The translations under genes and the position numbers were made by a program. DNA of 64,000 nucleotides from an uncultured Planctomycetota bacterium (GTDB lineage: Bacteria; Planctomycetota; Planctomycetia; Isosphaerales; Isosphaeraceae): contig CAWJTV010000005.1 of assembly GCA_963845755.1 (NCBI GenBank), positions 160,001 to 224,000 of the forward strand. The letters run 5' to 3'. Below are positions 57,448-64,000 of the stretch, piece after piece (position 1 is the stretch's first letter; the number at the start of each line of letters is the position of its first letter). The notes under the pieces were generated by a model. The model was not told where the DNA came from, searched no databases, and worked only from the letters and a program-made list of their open reading frames with translations.

Positions 57448-58407
57448 CTACCTTGCAGGCACGGCATGCTTGCGGATGTAATCTTCGACGGGCATCGGCG
57501 TCGCCGGCCCGATGTAGTGGAACACCTCGGCGTATTCGACGCCGTACTTCCGCCCGAGCTCCCGGTTGCGCGCCAGGACGAACTCCTTGACGTAATTGCG
57601 GTCGGCCGTCGCGTCGTCGTCGCCCAGGAGCGGCAGACGCTGGTTCTTCCTGGCCAGCTCGGCGCGGAGCTGCGACCCGTGATGACCGGCCGGTCCCTTG
57701 GCCTGGTTGGCCCGATTGGCCTCCACCTTGGTATCGATGACACCGCTGATGTCCACCACACGGCGTGATCTCTGGCCGCCGCGCGTAATAGTACTTTTCC
57801 TTGACCGCTTGGGGCTGGAGACCGGCCGCGAATTGCTCGGGATAATCGTGAGCCCGGCCGGCCATCCAGCACGCCGCTTCCACCCCTTTGGCGATCATGG
57901 CGTGGTCGGGGTTCTCCTCGTCGTGCGCCCACGGGTCCCAGCAAACCACCGTGTCGACCTTCAATAACCGGATCAGGAAGATCAAGCGGCATTGCAACTC
58001 GTTCTGCGAGACGTCGCCCATGCGGTGGTTGCCGTAGTTGAGGTTGAAGACCCGTTTGAGCCCGAGGATCCGCGCGACTTCGTCGTTGTCGCGCTCGTTG
58101 CCAAGTACGTGCTGGCCGATGGTTCCGGGCGTCCCCAGTCCGGCACGTCGCCCATGTCGTCGTTGGTCGCCCGGACCAGATAGCCCGTGTAACCTTCCTT
58201 GACGAGCTTGGCCACCGTCCCGGCGGAGGTGAGCGGGATGTCGTCGGAATGGGCCTGGATCGCCAGGAGCACCTTGCCCTGGTGAGGCGTGCCCGTGGCC
58301 GCTCGTTCCAGGAAAACCTCACGGTTCACTTCCTGGGCCTTCACCGATCGGGAGCGCAGTAAGGCCGTGCCGACCAGCATCGTGGTGAGGAAATCGCGTC
58401 TTTGCAT
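57448..58407 (-). CDS. PIG-L/LmbE family deacetylase with Tat signal, frameshifts near 58140 and 57765
   Basis: MQRRDFL; AIQAHSDD; ENPDH; VDISGVIDTK; YAEVF. Confidence 0.85.
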
Positions 58408-58465
58408 CGTGGTGTCCTTGTTCGGGTCGTGGTGGGGTCGAACGAGTTCTTGGGGCGAAACGCCA

Positions 58466-60118
58466 TCAGGCGCATCGCCCGCTACCATTCGCACGTGTAC
58501 CAGGCCCCGGGGTCATCGTCAAATGCCCTTGGTCCGATACCGCCATCGGCGAAAGCCCGGTGGCTTGTCGGTGATCCAACCGTAGGCGGTTCGCGAGGTG
58601 GAACCAGTCACGGACCGATCGGCGCATGAGGTAGGCGACGGTCGAGACCGCGAGCGCAGTTTGTACGGCCTGGAAGCCGAGCTCGAATTGAACGCGGCCC
58701 TGGAGAAGGTCCGGGATTATCGCGCCAAAGAGCATCCAGGCGGCCAGCAATGAGGATACGCCGATCGAGACCCAACGGGCCCAGCGGTTGGCGGCGAGGA
58801 GGCCGAACCCGACCCAGAGGAAATAGGCGGATGCGAGGAAGAGCCAGGGGACTCCCTTGGCGAGGTAGTAGCGAACTTCCGGCGAGGTGATCACATGCGC
58901 TCCACGACCGCCCCCGGAGTCGATCGGCAGCTCATAATAGACTCTAGTAATCAGTATAAACATTGACAAGAGAACGAACGCGGAGCCCATGAAGGCCAGG
59001 AAGTGGGCGAAGGCGAGGACCAGGATGCCGGCCGGCCGCTCCGCCTTGATCTCGCGCAGGTCGAGGCGGTAGCGGTAGGGTGGCGCGGTGACCGACTTGC
59101 CATCGAGCCAGTTCTTCAGGTCGGCGGCGAATTCGGCGGCTGTCTGGTAGCGGTCGTCGGGGTCTTTGGCCGTGGCCTTGTGGAGGACAGCCTCGAGGTC
59201 GCGCGGGAGTGCCGGGTTCCGCCACGATGCGGGGGGCATGGCCTTGGTCACGATCTGCCGCAGGACAGCCTCCCGCGTCGGTGCGGAGATCGGGCGGCCC
59301 AGCGTCAGGGTTTCGTAGAGGACCATGCCGAGCGAGTAGATGTCGGTCCGGAGGTCGAGGTCGAACCGCCCCGTGACTTGCTCGGGCGACATGTACATCG
59401 GCGTTCCAACCAGGGCCCCTGTGTTCGTCAAGCTGACGTCTTCGAAGAAACGGGCGACGCCGAAGTCGATCAAGTGGACATGTCCTTGCCGGTCGAGCAG
59501 GATGTTCTCCGGCTTGACGTCGCGATGGACGACGCCGCGCTCGTGGGCGTGCCCGAGTGCGAGCGCAGCCTCGATCCCCAACTCGCAGCAACGCTTCCAG
59601 TAGGACCGTGACGCGAAGACCTGCCGCGCCTCCGGAGTCAGGGCCCGCTCATCGTCTGGCACATCATCGGCAGGGTGGTCTGCGGTGCGGACAAAGTCCG
59701 CTGTCGGTTCGTCGAAGCGCACCTCCCGTGGTACGGCCTCCCGCGGCTGCACTTCCCCGAGCGCACGGTCGATCGTCAGGCCGACGTCGTGCCCGGCCGC
59801 GAGACGGTCGATGACGTCGCGGAGCGGAAGGCCGTCGATGAACTCCATGGCCATGTAGCAGACGTGTCGATCCTGACCGATGAAGTGCACGCCTGCGATA
59901 CTGGGGTGGTGGAGCTTCGCCACCGCCTGCGCCTCGCGATGGAACCGCATCCGGTCCGCATCCCGGTTCAACGCCGTTCCCAGGACCTTGAGCGCAACGA
60001 TGCGGTCGAGCGAGATTTGGCGAGCTCGGTAGACGATCCCCATGCCACCCGCCCCGAGGCGGCTCTCGATCCGGAAATCGCCGATTTCGACGCCTGACTC
60101 GAGATCGTGTTGGTCCAT
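58466..60118 (-). CDS. Ser/Thr protein kinase with C-terminal TM helices
   Basis: LGAGGMGIVY, VALKVL, HRDVKPEN, DFG, GTPMYMSPEQ; four hydrophobic segments. Confidence 0.95.
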   Translation of the reverse strand: MDQHDLESGVEIGDFRIESRLGAGGMGIVYRARQISLDRIVALKVLGTALNRDADRMRFHREAQAVAKLHHPSIAGVHFIGQDRHVCYMAMEFIDGLPLRDVIDRLAAGHDVGLTIDRALGEVQPREAVPREVRFDEPTADFVRTADHPADDVPDDERALTPEARQVFASRSYWKRCCELGIEAALALGHAHERGVVHRDVKPENILLDRQGHVHLIDFGVARFFEDVSLTNTGALVGTPMYMSPEQVTGRFDLDLRTDIYSLGMVLYETLTLGRPISAPTREAVLRQIVTKAMPPASWRNPALPRDLEAVLHKATAKDPDDRYQTAAEFAADLKNWLDGKSVTAPPYRYRLDLREIKAERPAGILVLAFAHFLAFMGSAFVLLSMFILITRVYYELPIDSGGGRGAHVITSPEVRYYLAKGVPWLFLASAYFLWVGFGLLAANRWARWVSIGVSSLLAAWMLFGAIIPDLLQGRVQFELGFQAVQTALAVSTVAYLMRRSVRDWFHLANRLRLDHRQATGLSPMAVSDQGHLTMTPGPGTRANGSGRCA

Positions 60119-60488
60119 AGGTCTTGGGTGGCATCATGTTGATGCGATCGCCCCTCTGCGATTACGCAGCCCGAAGCGGGCGCCGAGCCTCCGAGCAATC
60201 TCTCTGGCAACAGACAGATTACCACAGACAAGGCGCAGGAAAGGGCCACCATTCGTCACGCATGAACCGAGCGTCGTTCCAGCAGTGGACACGATCGTGT
60301 TATAATCCAGCCGATTCGCCGGCCGGCTTGTCATTCGGATCGGCATGCGGCGACCGAGTCATGCCATTCGGGCGGTTTCGCGACGCGATGGAACGTTTGC
60401 GGGACTGAGGCGTCCAGGACGCCGAACACGACGGGATGCCGTGATTCCCTCGGACCCGCCGGATCAAAATCGGGGGCAGACCAGACTG

Positions 60489-61128
60489 ATGAGCCAACAC
60501 CTCGTGCTCCTGGGCGACTCCATCTTCGACAACGCCCGTTACGTGACTGGCGGACGTCCTGCAGTCATCGATCAGGTGCGGAACCGGTTGCCCCAGGGCT
60601 GGTTGGCGACGCTGCTGGCGATCGATGGAAATGTCATCAGTTACGTTCATCAGCAGCTCAACGTGTTGCCCGCCGACGCGAGCCACCTGGTCCTCAGTAT
60701 CGGCGGGAACGACGTGCTGAATCAAATCACGATTCTGCGGGAACGGGTGTCGACGGTCGGCGAGGCGCTTCGCGTGCTCCTCGAAAGCCGCCGCACATTT
60801 CCAGGAGGACTATCTCCGACTCATGGCAGCGATCCGGGATCGCGGTCTGCCGACGATCATTTGCACGATCTACAATCCGTGTTCGGACGACGATGAATTT
60901 CAGCGCGCGGCGGTCGCGGCACTCTGCCTGTTCAACGATGCCATCATCGACAGTGCTCGCCGATTTGGGTTCCCCGTCATCGATCTACGCGTCGTCTGCT
61001 CGCAGATCGCCGACTATGCCAATGAAATTGAGCCCTCGGCGGCCGGCGGCGCGAAGATCGCGGAGGCGATCTGCCAGGTCGTGACGGGGCATGATTTCGC
61101 GACGAGGCGGAGTGTCATCGTTCCGTGA
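60489..61128 (+). CDS. SGNH/GDSL hydrolase, frameshift near 60790
   Basis: LLGDSIFDN, SIGGND, ICTIY, IEPSAAGG. Confidence 0.88.
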
Positions 61129-61167
61129 TTTGACAATTCGGACTTGAATGCGGGACTTACGAGCACG

Positions 61168-62537
61168 ATGAGGGGATCGCCTCCGAAATCACCGACGACA
61201 CCCTCGCGCAGCCAGGACGGGCGGTACCTCCTGGCGTGGTGGACTCTCACGTTGGCCTTGATCTGGGGAGGAATCCTGCGTTCGGTCTGGATCGAGGACA
61301 TGGAGTGGAAAGAAGACGAGCAATGGTCCTACCGGATGAGCCAGGAGGTGGGCCGGACGCGGCCCTGGTCATGGGTGGGGATGCCGACGAGTCTGGGATT
61401 CCCGAATCCCGGGATGAGCGAGTGGGTGTTCATCGCCATCGGTCGAGTGGCGACGACGCCGACGTCGATGGCTCGCGTGGTCGTCTTGCTGAACATGATC
61501 GGCCTGATCGGCTTCGCCGGCGCGGTCCGCGCCTTCCTCCCTGACAGGGAGCGAGAGGCCTGGCTCTGGGGGCTGGCGCTCCAAGCGGTCAGTCCCTTCG
61601 CCATCCGCATGTCGCGGAAGTTGTGGCCGCCGTCGCTGTTGACACCCTTGCTGCTGGTGCTTTGGATCAGTCATCGACACCGTCAGGACCGCTGGGGAGC
61701 TTTTGCGTGGGGACTGGTTGGTGCCTTGATCGGTCAGGTACACCTGAGCGGTTGGTTCGTGGCGGCGGGGCTGGTCGTCGGCACCGCGGTCGCCGAATTC
61801 CGAGGCAGCCTGCCCAGATCGCGCCACTGGCACTTCTGGCTCCTCGGCAGTGCACTGGGCCTGATCAGCGCCATCCCCTGGGCACGAGTTCTTCTCACGC
61901 CACCCTTCGCTCCGCCCACGGGGTTCTTCGAGAACGATCTCTTCCATCGGTTTATGGGATATCTTTATGGAATCGTGGCGACCACGTCGAGCTTGCTTCC
62001 TTTCGTGGTCCTGGGCTTGGGTCGTGATTCCGTTGCGTATGACGTCGGCCCGATCATTTATGGCTTCCCGATGCACGTCCCCGACCTGCTTCGGCTGTTC
62101 ATCACGCTGGCAGTGGTCTTGAGGATCGCGGTAAGGCTGATCGACGCATTCATCGCTCCCTGCCTCCGATGGACATTGAGAATGATCTCGCGGTACCGGC
62201 AGGCCCGGGAATGGGGATGCTTCCGCATCGAGTGAGCCAGCCCATGCCGGCGGCGCATGTGCGTCCACAGCGTTCTACCTCTGGTCCACCGTCGCCCTTC
62301 CGAGTGCCATCTTTGTTCTGACCACAAACGTCTACTTCTACCACTACTACTTCGTGCTGTGTCCTTTGGTATTCGTCCTGGTCGCGGTGTCCCTGCTTCC
62401 GTGGCGGCGCTTTCTCCTGAGTCTGGTGATCGCACAGGCCCTCTTGAGCTATCTCTTCCTCAGCTACGTCCACCAGCAGGCGCGGGCCTATTCGCGGGGA
62501 GTATGGCTTGAGCTACTCTCGCCAAGGGAACGAGTGA
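61168..62537 (+). CDS. multi-pass membrane protein, GT-C/ArnT-like, frameshifts in the 3' part
   Basis: DMEWKEDE, GMPTSLG..NPG, SRKLW, QVHLSG; hand-reconstructed end IRGEYGLSYSRQGNE*. Confidence 0.6.
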
Positions 62538-62569
62538 AGCCGGCCGCGGAGATCCTCCCGGATCGTCTC

Positions 62570-64000
62570 TCAACGACCGCCTCTGTCCGATTTCGGCGCA
62601 AACTGCGATTTCATGAGGACCCAGCAGTTCGGGTCGAGCGCGACCGAAGTGGGAGCTTTGTCGGCCTTGATCGAGAATCGTTGCTGTCGCTCGGTCATCT
62701 CGAACTTCTCGATACGAGGCTGGGCAGATCCCTCGATCGTTATGCCGATCTCGATCGGGAGCCGAAAGGGATCTCCGGGCTGGTCCTGGGTCAGGGCGAT
62801 CTCGATGAGATGATCTGCCGCGCGGTGTTGCCACGAGCCGTTCACCTCGGGAGAGCCGGGGCGCTTGAGCCACTGCTGAAAGAACCAGCCGAGGTCCTGG
62901 CCGGACTTCTCCTCCATGACGCGTCGGAAGTCGTCGGTGCCGACATTCCCGTCTCGATAACGGTGGTAGTAATCACGAATGCCAGCCCAGAAGACCTCGG
63001 TGCCGAGCCGGCCACGGAGCATGTGGAGCGTCCAGCCGCCTTTCTGGTAAACCAGTCCGTTCAAGACCTGGCGCATGTCAGCCAGGTTGTCATGAATGAC
63101 GGCGAGGCGAGGGTTGCGCTTCTCGATCCCGAATACGATGTCTCGACTCCGCTTCAATCCGCCGACGAACGCATCTCGTCCGGAGTCGTGTTCGAGGAAT
63201 AGGAGAGCGAAGTAGGTTGCGAACCCCTCGCTGAGCCAGACATCGTCCCAGTCGCGTTCGGTGACGGCGTCGCCGAACCACTGGTGCGCGACCTCATGCG
63301 CGACGATGCTGTCCAGGCCGCGGCCTGAGACCGAGCGCTCTCCGTAGAAGATCGCGCTGGCGACCTCCATCCCGCCGCTGATCCCCGCGGCCTGGACCCC
63401 GCCGAGCTTCTCGTAGGGGAAAGGGCCGATGTGCTCGGAGAAGAACTCGAGAACCCGGCGCCCGGGTTCTCCAGGGCCGGCATGACCGCATCACGATCCT
63501 GACGATAGACCCAGCTCTCGAGCGGGACACCTTTGACCAGGCCGGCGTGGTGCGAGGTGAACTGGGCCACGCCCAGGGCATTGAGCCAGGAGGCGATCGG
63601 GACCGATTGCTTCCAGTGCGTGAGGCGCCGGCCGTCGCCCAGGTCGGTCTCTTCCTGTAAGAGACCATTGGACACCACCTGGTAGCGTGCGGGGGCCGTG
63701 ACGTGGAATTCGCTGGTCGCCTTGTCGTACGGGTGATCGATCATCGGCAGCCACCGCCGCGCCTTGTCGGGCCAGTTGTCGCTGAAGAAGGTGCGTTCGC
63801 CGTGCCGGTTCTTGCCGATGCGGAGCCCGGCGGATGGGATGCCGTGATAAGCCACGGTGAACGTACGGCGCTCGCCCGCAGTGGTCGTCGAATCCAGGAT
63901 AATGCGGAGCCGGTCGTCCTTGTGCTCGAAGGATCGCGGGAGCTCCTCGAGACGTCACGGCGGAGACCGTCATTCCCTTGCTCGAAGCCGGCGACGTCAG
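62570..64000 (-). CDS. M1 family zinc aminopeptidase, 5'-partial, frameshift near 63460
   Basis: GGME exopeptidase motif; HEVAHQWFG...WLSEGFA (HEXXH-X18-E); YQKG. Confidence 0.95.

Overview
GC-rich bacterial chromosomal DNA. The gene repertoire (DUF1559 prepilin-like protein, LExRxLLS-motif protein, ECF sigma factor paired with a Ser/Thr kinase, membrane sulfatase-fold proteins) points to a planctomycete, probably Isosphaeraceae-like; this is inference. Many genes, including trpB, uvrB and hmgA, carry 1-nt indels, which is best explained by an unpolished long-read assembly, so split genes are reconstructed across frames and their coordinates are approximate. In order: YfhO-like membrane protein; a tyrosine catabolism cluster (hppD, fahA, hmgA, flavin reductase) headed by a heme-oxygenase-like diiron protein; glycosyltransferases; a DUF58/BatA/VWA operon; several oxidoreductases; an FHA-GGDEF protein; trpBA; uvrB; a putative defence island at about 36.6-43.7 kb; an ECF sigma/repeat protein/kinase unit; a TPR-sulfatase-DUF1559 cluster; assorted hydrolases; and a partial M1 aminopeptidase. 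Best candidate for an undescribed system: a two-gene operon in which an NLR-like STAND ATPase (DUF4062-like domain, NACHT-like NTPase, TPR-like repeats) and a caspase-like protease/alpha-beta hydrolase fusion share an ungapped 24-aa amyloid-signalling-like motif (AIGERAFAIGGDARDNVFQIGDVY vs AIGERSFAAGGDVSGNIIILGDRN, 13/24 identical). This suggests an amyloid-coupled, inflammasome-like immune module. Also notable: an HNH-fold antitoxin-like gene coupled to a truncated vapC, a small GxHIG-repeat protein, and helically phased TGGGTTCGTT arrays. No rRNA, tRNA or CRISPR array was recognised.
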